A stretch of 64,000 bases of DNA from Asterias rubens (Eukaryota), in contig NC_047074.1 of NCBI RefSeq assembly GCF_902459465.1, forward strand, positions 2,480,001-2,544,000. Reading direction: 5' to 3'. Position 1 is the stretch's first letter. The number at the start of each line of letters is the position of its first letter. The notes under the pieces are model-generated. The model did no database searches. It was given only the letters and a program-made list of their open reading frames with translations, and was not told where the DNA came from. The translations under genes and the position numbers were made by a program. Positions 48,151 to 59,428 of the stretch are shown in pieces.

Positions 48151-48597
48151 GGCGCCTTAGCTAAACGACTAAGACGTTGGAGTGGGACCCACGAGATCCG
48201 GGTTCGAATCCCGCTTGTGTTTTCTTTCTTTTTGCATGAGCGCAGTGAATTATTTAAGTAGTATCAAAATCATCTCCAAATACCAACGGGCACCGTGGCG
48301 ACACGGTGCACTGGATAGTTCCATTGTGCGTGCAATCCAGAGCTGGTACACCGGTTCGAATCCTACCCGTACCAAGAGGGACATGACTTTTACTGTTAGC
48401 ACCAGTAATGGATTGGGGTCCGTCATGTCTATCCCCAAATTAGGTGTGGATGAGTAATACCGTGTGGGAGAGTAAAGGAGGGACCGGGACTAGCCAGTCC
48501 CTTAAGGGTTCTAATGGGTGATCACCACGCTGGTTTCGATCAGACTTTGAGTCCCCTGAACGCCTGGTCGACACTCTGACTAACTCTTTGCACAAAT
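48151..48597 (+). repeat. Left inverted repeat: two tRNA-like Pol III modules and a multi-hairpin body
   Basis: B-boxes GGTTCGAATCC at ~48201 and ~48354, A-box-like TAGCTAAACG and TGGCGACACGG. 48191-48597 is ~99% identical to the reverse complement of 54193-54599. Confidence 0.9.
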
Positions 48598-48627
48598 TTG
48601 CTTTAAATTTAAATCGTTTTAGTTAAT

Positions 48628-48802
48628 TAAATTATTAACGCTATATATATTTTGTTGTTGCTGGGGATGAGAACGGTATAGTCTTTGCCACTTTTAACGA
48701 TTAAACATTGAGAAAATTATTAACGCTATATATATTTTGTTGTTGCTGGGGATGAGAACGGTATAGTCTTTGCCACTTTTAACGATTAAACATTGAGAAA
48801 AT
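48628..48802. repeat. Direct tandem duplication of ~87 bp inside the left inverted repeat boundary
   Basis: AAATTATTAACGCTATATATATTTTGTTGTTGCTGGGGATGAGAACGG...CATTGAGAAAAT occurs twice. Confidence 0.9.
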
Positions 48803-48914
48803 GCAAGGGTACTTTTTGAGGGTATTATTTGCTAGTTTTCGACATAACGATGCTTTAGAATCAAAATTAAAGTTAATATTTGAGACCCATCTAATTTTTC
48901 CAGCAACCTGTAAC

Positions 48915-51900
48915 TCTAGCCTTGTAGAGCCTTGTGAACTTTTCAAATTTTGACGAAAAAGTCATAAGGCTATATATAGCCTTGTGAACTTTTCAAAATT
49001 TTACGAAAAGTCGCAAGGCTATAGCCTTGTGAACTTTTCAAAATTTGACGAAAAAGTGGCCTTGTGAACTTTTCAAAATTTGACGAAAAAGTCGCAAGGC
49101 TATATAGCCTTGTGAACTTTTCAAATTTTTTACAAAAGGCTATAGCCTTGTGAACTTTTCAAATTTTTACGAAAAAGTCATAAGGCCTTGTGATCTTTTC
49201 AAATTTTGACGACAAAGTCATAAGGCTATATAGCCTTGTGAACTTTTCAAATTTTGACGAAAAAGTCGCAAGGCTATAAGCCTTGTGAACTTTTCAAATT
49301 TTGACGAAAAAGTCATAAGGCTATATATAGCCTTGTGAACTTTTCAAATTTTGACGAAAAAGTCATAAGGCTATATATAGCCTTGTGAACTTTTCAAATT
49401 TTTACGAAAAGTCGCAAGGCCATAGTCTTGTGAACTTTTCAAATTTTGACGAAAAAGTCATATGGCTATAGCCTTGTGAACTTTTCAAAATTTGACGACA
49501 AAGTCACAAGGCTATAGCCTTGTGAACTTTTCAAATTTTGACGAAAAAGTCATATGGCTATAGCCTTGTGAACTTTTCAAATTTTTCACAAAAGGCACAA
49601 GGCTATAGCCTTGTGAACTTTTCAAATTTTGACGAAAAAGTCATATGGCTATAGCCTTGTGAGCTTTTCAAAATTGGACGACAAAGTCACAAGGCTATAG
49701 CCTTGTGAACTTTTCAAAATTTGACGAAAAAGTCGCAAGGCTATATAGCCTTGTGAACTTTTCAAATTTTTTACAAAAGGCACAAGGCTATAGCTTTGCG
49801 ACTTTTCAATTTTTTACAAAAAAGTCACAAGGCTATAGCCTTGTGAACTTTTCCAATTTTGACGAAAAAGTCATATGGCTATAGCCTTGTGAACTTTTCA
49901 AAATTTGACGACAAAGTCACAAGGCTATAGCCTTGTGAACTTTTCAAAATTTGACGAAAAAGTCGCAAGGCTATAGCCTTGTGAACTTTTCAAATTTTTT
50001 ACAAAAGGCTATAGCCTTGTGAACTTTTCAAATTTTTACGAAAAAGTCATAAGGCCTTGTGATCTTTTCAAATTTTGACGACAAAGTCATAAGGCTATAT
50101 AGCCTTGTGAACTTTTCAAATTTTGACGAAAAAGTCGCAAGGCTATAAGCCTTGTGAGCTTTTCAAATTTTGACGAAAAAGTCATAAGGCTATATATAGC
50201 CTTGTGAACTTTTCAAATTTTTACGAAAAGTCGCAAGGCTATAGCCTTGTGAACTTTTCAAAATTTGACGAAAAAGTCATAAGGCTATAGCCTTGTGAAC
50301 TTTTCAAATTTTGACGAAAAAGTCATATGGCTATAGCCTTGTGAACTTTTCAAATTTGACGAAAAAGTCATAAGGCTATAATTATATAGCCTTGTGAACT
50401 TTTCAAATTTTGACGAAAAAGTCATAAGGCTATATATAGCCTTGTGAACTTTTCAAATTTTTACGAAAAGTCGCAAGGCCATAGCCTTGTGAACTTTTCA
50501 AATTTTGACGAAAAAGTCATATGGCTATAGCCTTGTGAACTTTTCAAATTTTGACGAAAAAGTCATAAGGCTATAATTATATAGCCTTGTGAACTTTTCA
50601 AATTTTGACGAAAAAGTCATAAGGCTATATATAGCCTTGTGAACTTTTCAAATTTTTACGAAAAGTCGCAAGGCCATAGCCTTGTGAACTTTTCAAATTT
50701 TGACGAAAAAGTCATATGGCTATAGCCTTGTGAACTTTTCAAAATTTGACGAAAAAGTCGCAAGGCTATAGCCTTGTGAACTTTTCAAATTTTTTACAAA
50801 AGGCTATAGCCTTGTGAACTTTTCAAAATTTGACGAAAAAGTCATAAGGCTATAGCCTTGTGAACTTTTCAAATTTTGACGAAAAAGTCATAAGGCTATA
50901 GCCTTGTGAACTTTTCAAATTTTTAACAAAAGGCACAAGGCTATAGCCTTGTGAACTTTTCAAATTTTTTACAAAAGGCACAAGGCGACTTGCGACTTTT
51001 CAATTTTTTAAAAAAAGTCACAAGGCTATAGCCTTGTGAACTTTTCCAATTTTGACGAAAAAGTCATATGGCTATAGCCTTGTGAACTTTTCAAAATTTG
51101 ACGAAAAAGTCGCAAGGCTATAGCCTTGTGAACTTTTCAAATTTTTTACAAAAGGCACAAGGCTATAGCCTTGCGACTTTTCAATTTTTTACAAAAAAGT
51201 CATATTCAAATTTTGACGAAAAAGTCATATGGCTATAGCCTTGTGAACTTTTCAAAATTTGACGAAAAAGTCGTAAGGCTATATAGCCTTGTGAACTTTT
51301 CAAATTTTTCACAAAAGGCACAAGGCTATAGCCTTGTGAACTTTTCAAATTTTGACGAAAAAGTCGCAAGGCTATATAGCCTTGTGAACTTTTCAAATTT
51401 GACGACAAAGTCATAAGGCTATAGCCTTGTGAACTTTTCAAATTTTGACGAAAAAGTCGCAAGGCTATAAGCCTTGTGAACTTTTCAAATTTTGACGAAA
51501 AAGTCATAAGGCTATATATAGCCTTGTGAACTTTTCAAATTTTGACGAAAAAGTCATAAGGCTATATATAGCCTTGTGAACTTTTCAAATTTTTACGAAA
51601 AGTCGCAAGGCCATAGCCTTGTGAACTTTTCAAATTTTGACGAAAAAGTCATATGGCTATAGCCTTGTGAACTTTTCAAAATTTGACGACAAAGTCACAA
51701 GGCTATAGCCTTGTGAACTTTTCAAATTTTGACGAAAAAGTCATATGGCTATAGCCTTGTGAACTTTTCAAATTTTTCACAAAAGGCACAAGGCTATAGC
51801 CTTGTGAACTTTTCAAATTTTGACGAAAAAGTCATATGGCTATAGCCTTGTGAGCTTTTCAAAATTGGACGACAAAGTCACAAGGCTATAGCCTTGTGAA

Positions 51901-53880
51901 CTTTTCAAAATTTGACGAAAAAGTCGCAAGGCTATATAGCCTTGTGAACTTTTCAAATTTTTTACAAAAGGCACAAGGCTATAGCTTTGCGACTTTTCAA
52001 TTTTTTACAAAAAAGTCACAAGGCTATAGCCTTGTGAACTTTTCCAATTTTGACGAAAAAGTCATATGGCTATAGCCTTGTGAACTTTTCAAAATTTGAC
52101 GAAAAAGTCATATGGCTATAGCCTTGTGAACTTTTCAAATTTTTTACAAAAGGCTATAGCCTTGTGAACTTTTCAAATTTTTACGAAAAAGTCATTAGGC
52201 CTTGTGATCTTTTCAAATTTTGACGACAAAGTCATAAGGCTATATAGCCTTGTGAACTTTTCAAATTTTGACGAAAAAGTCGCAAGGCTATAAGCCTTGT
52301 GAGCTTTTCAAATTTTGACGAAAAAGTCATAAGGCTATAGCCTTGTGAACTTTTCAAATTTTGACGAAAAAGTCATAAGGCTATAGCCTTGTGAACTTTT
52401 CAAATTTTCACAAAAGGCACAAGGCTATAGCCTTGTGAACTTTTCAAATTTTTTACAAAAGGCACAAGGCGACTTGCGACTTTTCAATTTTTTAAAAAAA
52501 GTCACAAGGCTATAGCCTTGTGAACTTTTCCAAATTTGACGAAAAAGTCATAAGGCTATAGCCTTGTGAACTTTTCAAAATTTGACGACAAAGTCATATG
52601 GCTATAGCCTTGTGAACTTTTCAAAGTTTGACGAAAAAGTCGCAAGGCTATAGCCTTGTGAACTTTTCAAATTTTTTACAAAAGGCTATAGCCTTGTGAA
52701 CTTTTCAAAATTTGACGAAAAAGTCATAAGGCTATAGCCTTGTGAACTTTTCAAATTTTGACGAAAAAGTCATAAGGCTATAGCCTTGTGAACTTTTCAA
52801 ATTTTTCACAAAAGGCACAAGGCTATAGCCTTGTGAACTTTTCAAATTTTTCACAAAAGGCACAAGGCTATAGCCTTGTGAACTTTTCAAAATTTGACGA
52901 AAAAGTCATAAGGCTATAAGCCTTGTGAACTTTTCAAATTTTGACGAAAAAGTCATATGGCTATAGCCTTGTGAACTTTTCAAAATTTGACGAAAAAGTC
53001 ATAAGGCTATATAGCCTTGTGAACTTTTCAAAATTTGACGAAAAAGTCGCTTGTGAACTTTTCAAATTTTGACGAAAAAGTCGCTTGTGAACTTTTCAAA
53101 TTTTGACGAAAAAGTCATATGGCTATAGCCTTGTGAACTTTTCAAAATTTGACGAAAAAGTCATAAGGCTATATAGCCTTGTGAACTTTTCAAAATTTGA
53201 CGAAAAAGTCGCAAGGCTATATAGCCTTGTGAACTTTCAATTTTTTACAAAAAAAGTCACAAGGCTATAGCCTTGTGAACTTTTCAAAATTTGACGAAAA
53301 AGTCATAAGGCTATAGCCTTGTGAACTTTTCAAAATTTGACGAAAAAGTCATAAGGCTGAACTTTTCAAATTTTGACAAAAAAGTCACAAGGCTATAGCC
53401 TTGTGAACTTTTCAAATTTTGACGACAAAGTCATATGGCTATAGCCTTGTGAACTTTTCAAAATTTGACGAAAAAGTCATATGGCTATAGCCTTGTGAAC
53501 TTTTCAAAATTTGACGACAAAGTCACAAGGCGACCTTTTCAAAATTTGACGAAAAAGTTTAAGTGGCTAACTTTTGAAATTTCACAAGGCCTTGTAAACT
53601 TTTCCGGACAAAAACTGCAAAGTTCACAAGGCTATAAAGGCCTTGTAAACCTTTTCGGCAAAATTTGAAAAGTTCACAAGGCCTTGTAACTTTTTCGGCT
53701 AAAAATCGCAAAGTACACAAAGCTATATAGCCCGTACACTTTTTGCGGCAAAATTTGAAACGTTCACAAGCCTTGTAAACTTTTTCGGCAAAATTTAAAA
53801 AGTTCACAAGGCTATTGTCAACTTTTTCGGCAAAATTTTGCAAGGAGTTTATATAAGCCTTGTGATTTTTTTTCGAGCGA
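48915..53880. repeat. Tandem satellite of ~48-bp palindromic units (~95-100 copies)
   Basis: Consensus CAAGGCTATAGCCTTGTGAACTTTTCAAATTTTGACGAAAAAGTCA, homogeneous to ~53530; degenerate units with the mirrored core (AAAGTTCACAAGG) follow to ~53880. Confidence 0.97.
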
Positions 53881-54192
53881 AAAGTTTATAAGGGACATAA
53901 AGTTGGTTCAAAATGGACCAAATTGCAAGTGATTTTATCCATAATTGGTCAAAAATTTACCGAATTGCAAGATGAACGGGTAACCCCTTGTATTTTTAAC
54001 CCAACATTAGTAAAAAACGGACCAAATTACCAGGGTTTATCCCTTATTATTTATAACAAATTGGTCCAAAATGGACTAAATTGTGAGGCTTACCCCTGTG
54101 ATTTTATCCAAAGTGCACTCAATGATTATTTACAAAGACTTTCGAGATACCTAGATTTAATGGATTGTTAAAATTAGTTGAAATTATTGGAG

Positions 54193-54640
54193 ATTTGTGC
54201 AAAGAGTTAGTCAGAGTGTCGACCAGGCGTTCAGGGGACTCAAAGTCTGATCGAAACCAGCGTGGTGATCACCCATTAGAACCCTTAAGGGACTTGCTAG
54301 TCCCGGTCCCTCCTTTACTCTCCCACACGGTATTACTCATCCACACCTAGTTTGGGGATAGACATGACGGACCCCAATCCATTACTGGTGCAAGCAGTAA
54401 AAGTCATGTCCCTCTTGGTACGGGTAGGATTCGAACCGGTGTACCAGCTCTGGATTGCACGCACAATGGAACTATCCAGTGCACCGTGTCGCCACGGTGC
54501 CCGTTGGTATTTGGAGATGATTTTGATACTACTTAAATAATTCACTGCGCTCATGCAAAAAGAAAGAAAACACAAGCGGGTTTCGAACCCGGATCTCGTA
54601 GCTCCGAGTCCAGCGCACATCTGGGTTAGCTACGGTGCTA
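54193..54640 (-). repeat. Right inverted repeat (reverse complement of 48151-48597)
   Basis: About 5 nucleotide differences over 407 bp; the outermost ~40 nt are only ~60% identical but still tRNA-5'-like. Confidence 0.9.
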
Positions 54641-56035
54641 TCTGCTTCTTTACACGAATATTATGAATAATAAACAACCTCAATTAGATTGATTAATTTT
54701 TTAAATCAAATTGCACCATTTAATTATCCTCGGAAGTGTTTATTTTCTTCTATAAATAAACATATTGTTTGTCAAAATTTTCTTACATAATTTTGTTAAC
54801 ATCCCTTGTTCAGGCATAACTGAATTGTTTTGTATGGGGTGTTAACATGGCCTCCGAGGTCGACGTCTTGGGCAGCCTCTTCACTTTGTCGTTAAAATCT
54901 CAAACCAAGAGCTTCGAAATATCACTTTTACAGTTGTCATGTAATTACAAAATTATGTCATTTTTATTTATACTCGTATAATTTGCTTGTATACTCCTTA
55001 ATTTGTTGCCGTTTTCTGATCACAAAGCTTGCCTATCTTCGTTCATTAAAAAAAAACTGTTTTCAAAACTAAAATCACAAGGCTTAATTAAAGTTAGAGA
55101 GTCCATTTTATAATATTTCCCGAACATTTTTTGAGAAAATAACGAGAGGTAAGCTTTGTCCATTTCCCACCGTTTTGTTTCAAGGCTTCAAGAGAGTCCA
55201 ATTTAAACTGTTTTTCGATCAATTGTTTGTGTGTAAAACCTCAAGAGGTAAGCCCTACCATTTTCTCTACTTATGAACGTTTCTTGATAAAATCTCATGG
55301 GAATAAGCCTTGCAATTTGGTCACTTTTAGTTGTCCTATTTCCATAAAGGCAGAACCAATGCAAAACACTACCCACACACACATAAAGCACCCTAGCCGA
55401 GAGCGAACCTGGGCCGAAGTGGTGAGAGGAGAGTGCTTTACACTTATTGGATGTTTTTAGGATTTGAAACAGTAAAAGAACTTCAAAGGGAAGACAAAAA
55501 GAATGTAGCATCTACAAACAAGTCAATTATTTTGATAGATAATTTTATTGGTTAATGAAAACATAAATTCATATTATTTTGTCGAAAATAGTAAAAACAT
55601 AAATAAAGATTTGTTGTACAAAAACAAGCACTATTGATTTTTGTATTAAAACAACTTGTTCATCTGTCAAGTATTAAATTAACTACATGTACATTCATTA
55701 GTGCATTACTATAAAAATAAATGTACATAGTTTAAAACTGTGACGTTCATGTTGAGTTATTTTCAGCACGGCAACGATTTCTTATTAAACTGGTACCTTT
55801 ATATACACACACACAGATATGCCAGTCACAACAGCATTCGATTCAAAGCTATTTTTTTATTAGTAAAATGTGAATTATTATGTCCCCTAAATATGATTGA
55901 TTTCTAATTAATTAAAATCTTATCGCTCCAAGGTTAGTAAAAATATTCATGATCTTTTATTTGGTAAAAACTGCTCTGGGCTTGTAACACCACTTCTCAA
56001 TTTCTCAGGTGAGCTACTTAAAAAATACTAATTAC

Positions 56036-56650
56036 AGACACTGGACACTATTGGTAATTACCCAAAAATAATTGTCAGCATGGAAACTTACTTGGTAATG
56101 AGCAATATCCAGAGCTGTTTCATAGTATAAAACATTGTGAGTAACGGCTCCCTCTGGAGTAACGTAGTTTTCGAGAAAGAAGTAATTTCCTCTTAAATAT
56201 TTGAATTTGATTTTGAGACCCCAGAATTAGATTTTGAGGTCCCAAAATCAAGCATCTGAAAGCATACAACTGTGTGTGACAAGGGTGTTTTTTCCCCATT
56301 ATTATCTCGCAACGTTGACAACCAATTAAGTTCAAATGTTCACAGGTTTGTTATTGTGCATATACATGTATGTTGAGATACACCAAATGAGAAGACTGGA
56401 CCCAATTTCAAAGACCTGCTTAAGCAAAAAATTCTGCTTAAGTAAAAAAATCCTTGCTCAGTAAAATCAGATTACCGGCCAAGACTTCACTCAATTGTTA
56501 TGCTAAGCAAACAACGCTATATACCAGTCACAACCAATGTATATGGCATGAAACTTTGTCCAGTAACATAGGTAAAATAAGCAAGTTATTTTCGTGCTTA
56601 AGCAAAAGTTTTGCTTAAGCAGCTCTATTAAATTGGCCCCTGGTCTTTTC
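56036..56650. mobile_element. MITE family A carrying a nested family B (CTG-TSD) insertion
   Basis: The family A sequence stops at GAGAAGACTG (56398), a family B element GACCCAATTTC...AAATTGGCCC follows, and family A resumes CTGGTCTTT at ~56640. Confidence 0.75.
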
Positions 56651-56779
56651 AGGCTATTTAGTCACCATTTTCCTAATTTTTCATGGGCAATACAAATCAG
56701 AAATCAAACTAAGTATGAAGAATATGGTGCCTGCAACATTTTTGGCTCTAAGAAGGTAGTACATGTACATGAAACCCTT

Positions 56780-56960
56780 AAGCCCGGTTCATACTTCCTA
56801 CGAATGCAAAGCGAATTTGACGTGAATTTGACGTCACGACCCTCCTTTCGCAGCGATATTCGCAAGTATGTAGAGCAGAGTTCAACTGCTGTGAATTATT
56901 CGTTGCGAACTTGTGACTTCAACATTCTCTTCGCATTCACATGAAGTATGAACCGGGCTT
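56780..56960. mobile_element. MITE with TIR AAGCCCGGTTCATACTTC; partial relative at ~3500-3595
   Basis: AAGCCCGGTTCATACTTC ... GAAGTATGAACCGGGCTT. Confidence 0.8.
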
Positions 56961-57084
56961 TACACTTACATGTATCTATTTGATGAGCAAATACAGTTTG
57001 GCAGGAAGTGGGTTTGGAGTATCATGTTTTTGTGGTAGAAATCTGTGTTGATTAAGTTGAAATTTCCCTGAGGGGACAAAAGTG

Positions 57085-57340
57085 GATAAGAGCACAGGGA
57101 TCAAGCTCTGGTGTTTCTGATCAGCAGAGTGTGGGTTCAAAAACCCAGTCTTGACACTTGTGTCCTTTAGCAAGACACTTAACCATTTACTGTGACCTTT
57201 GGATGGGACATAAAGCCGTAGGTCCCGTGTGTTGTGTAGTGCAAGTAAAAGAATCCAGTTCAGTCATCAAAAAGAGAAGGGGTTCACCTCGGTGTTCCAG
57301 GTTTGATTTGCAGCATATTGGTTGGTCTGTCTGTTCATAG
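57085..57340 (+). mobile_element. tRNA-derived SINE with a CORE-like central motif
   Basis: tRNA-like head ending GTGGGTTCAAA, then CTTGTGTCCTTTAGCAAGACACTTAACC, resembling the MIR/CORE TGTGTGACCTTGGGCAAGTCACTTAACC; fragments at ~38285-38400 and 44690-44785. Confidence 0.65.
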
Positions 57341-57685
57341 ACTGGGGAACAAAAGCTGTGCTCCTCCCCGGACCTAGATGTTGCCTTTTGTTTAAAGTTT
57401 CACCCTGTAATATATTTTATATTTACATTAATTTTGTCCATATTACTTTGTATTTGCAACATTGAATAAACGTTTATACCTATCTCTCTATCTACCTTAT
57501 AAACCGTTACATGGTGCTATGTAAAAGGAGTAGGTCTCATACGTCAAGTGTAAGCGCATATATACCTTGCAGGAAAACTGAATGATGAAGCTCCTTGAGC
57601 GTCACTAATTGACAGATATATGAGCACTATATAAGAAGCCACTATTTCTATTACAAACAAGGCGTCCCAACTTGACCCTTTCCTT

Positions 57686-59079
57686 CTACCTAAATTCTAA
57701 ACCTTTCTGAGTGACAACCTTCAACTCTTTCACAGTTCTCCTCAGCGACCCTAGCGACTCTTTCGACTTCTGGAACTTCCTGTCAGCACTTCTCATGTGA
57801 AGCTGAAAGACAACCTTCCCGATGATGTCGTCACAGCGGGAGTACAGGAACGAGTTGACGTATTTGGGGCCGAAGCGTTGGATGTTGCGTTGAGATGGTC
57901 TGATGTATAAACACGGTGGAAAGTCCTCGTGCCCCTGTAGCGGGATACAATTCAACTCAAAGTCGTTGTCCACATTCACGTTAAAAAAAAAAATAAATGT
58001 AAGGTGTATTTGAAGAAAAAAGTTTAATTATTACAAAATAGTTAATGGGCTATCATTTTGATTGTAGCAGAGTCTTTTTCAAAGGCCTTCAAGAAAGAAA
58101 GACTCTGCTAGAGTCGTAACGAGAGGATATTTACTATGTTTGGTATTTATACCAAAGGTCCTTTTGGTTGGTAAGTAATTATCAACAGCTAATTATATTT
58201 TCTCTTATTTTTTGCTCTTAACCGCTTGGCCACGACACTTCCAAGCAAACGAGGTAGGAGATATCATGAATATTCATTACCTTGAGTTGTACTTTAATGA
58301 AGGCAGTGATCTGATTCTGACGTTCTTCCCAAGTCTCCTGTCCCTGTTCCTCAATGATCTGCCTCAAGTCTTCCCGACAGACCTTTAACCCCCAAAAAAC
58401 ACAATCACAAAATCAATGCACTGTACATGCTAAGTATGACAGACGAATGTTAGGAATTTAACCCTCCTACACTTGTTTCACTTCCCAAATGGTCGGTCAG
58501 CCCGCTGGGAAGTGACACAAGAGTAAGAGGGAAAACAAAATGGCAAACCTAGTGACACACTCCCTGTTATAGTGTTAGGGTTTAAGTCATGAAACTTGCT
58601 GAAAATATTAAGAACAATGAGTATAAACCCTTTGCATATCATGTCGGCTCTCAAAAACTGCCATCCCTGAGGCCAAAGGAGCGGATCATTGGACGATAGG
58701 TGTTCTTTGTGCATACAAAACAATGGGCACGACCTCAGCAAACCTGGTAGCACTATGTAAGTGGGTCAATTGATTTCTATAGGCCTCTTACACAACGCGA
58801 AATGCACTTCTGAACAATGTGTGCTACCATTTCAGTCATTTTGGAAGCAAATTATATGTTATTTTAGGGGTCTACCAATAATTTGTACATACAACATTTT
58901 TTTTTTTTTTTCACCCACACTTTAGTTTGTTGTGTGTCTGACGCAATGGAAAACGGATTTTTTTTCAAAGTCTAGAAGTAAAATCGCAAACATCTTACCT
59001 CGTAAGTATCTTTTATTACTGCGGGTAACTCTTCACTCAGCTCATACTTGAGGCATATATGCAACGACTCGTAGCTGAG
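57686..59079 (-). CDS. Three in-phase exons of an unidentified protein-coding gene
   Basis: Exons 58999-59079, 58281-58382 and 57686-57955 join phase 0-0 with GT-AG and no stops. A further candidate exon at 60004-60182 (strong GTAAGT donor) ends in phase 1 and does not join directly. Confidence 0.6.
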
Positions 59080-59317
59080 CTGACCAATGGAGAGGCATGT
59101 TGAGTTTATTGACTACGAGCGGGAACACGCAACCAACGACCCAGCACCAACCACCACCCATGCAGTAAAAGACAGTCATCACCAAATGTAGCAAGCAGAG
59201 GAATGACATATGCAACCAAACAAAATGAAAATAACCAACAATTAGCTGCTGGCCAATCACTGCATAACTTATTGTCACTTATTGAATGTGAATCTTGTAA
59301 ATATCACAAGTCACTGA

Positions 59318-59408
59318 CTGTCACAAGTCACTGACTGTCACAAGTCAATGACTGTCACAAGTCAATGACTGTCACAAGTCAATGACTGTCACAAGTCAAT
59401 GACTGTCA
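59318..59408. repeat. 17-bp minisatellite (CACAAGTCAATGACTGT), about 5 units
   Basis: Directly visible tandem units. Confidence 0.9.
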
Positions 59409-59428
59409 TGTACACACATGGCTTATTA

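Noticed and set aside
48151-48375. Functional tRNA genes in the inverted repeats
   Set aside because: A and B boxes are present, but the acceptor, anticodon and T stems cannot all be formed canonically, so they are called tRNA-like only.
51171-53843. ORFs within the satellite (51171, 51181, 53465, 53559)
   Set aside because: Chance stop-free stretches of a tandem repeat; repetitive peptides with no splice or start context.
48915-53880. CRISPR-like appearance of regular palindromic repeats
   Set aside because: No unique spacers (the variable parts are a few recurring variants), the context is eukaryotic and intron-rich, and no cas genes are present.
48182-54620. Twin ~92-95 aa ORFs at 48182-48457 and 54333-54620
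   Set aside because: They match only because they lie in the inverted repeats; they start at non-ATG codons inside a tRNA-like head and show no recognisable domain. Not excluded, but unsupported.
57956-57985. Non-canonical AC acceptor at TTTTAAC|GTG for the unidentified gene
   Set aside because: The upstream donor is U2-type (GTAATG), and the first AG after the poly-T tract (57956) already gives an in-frame join.
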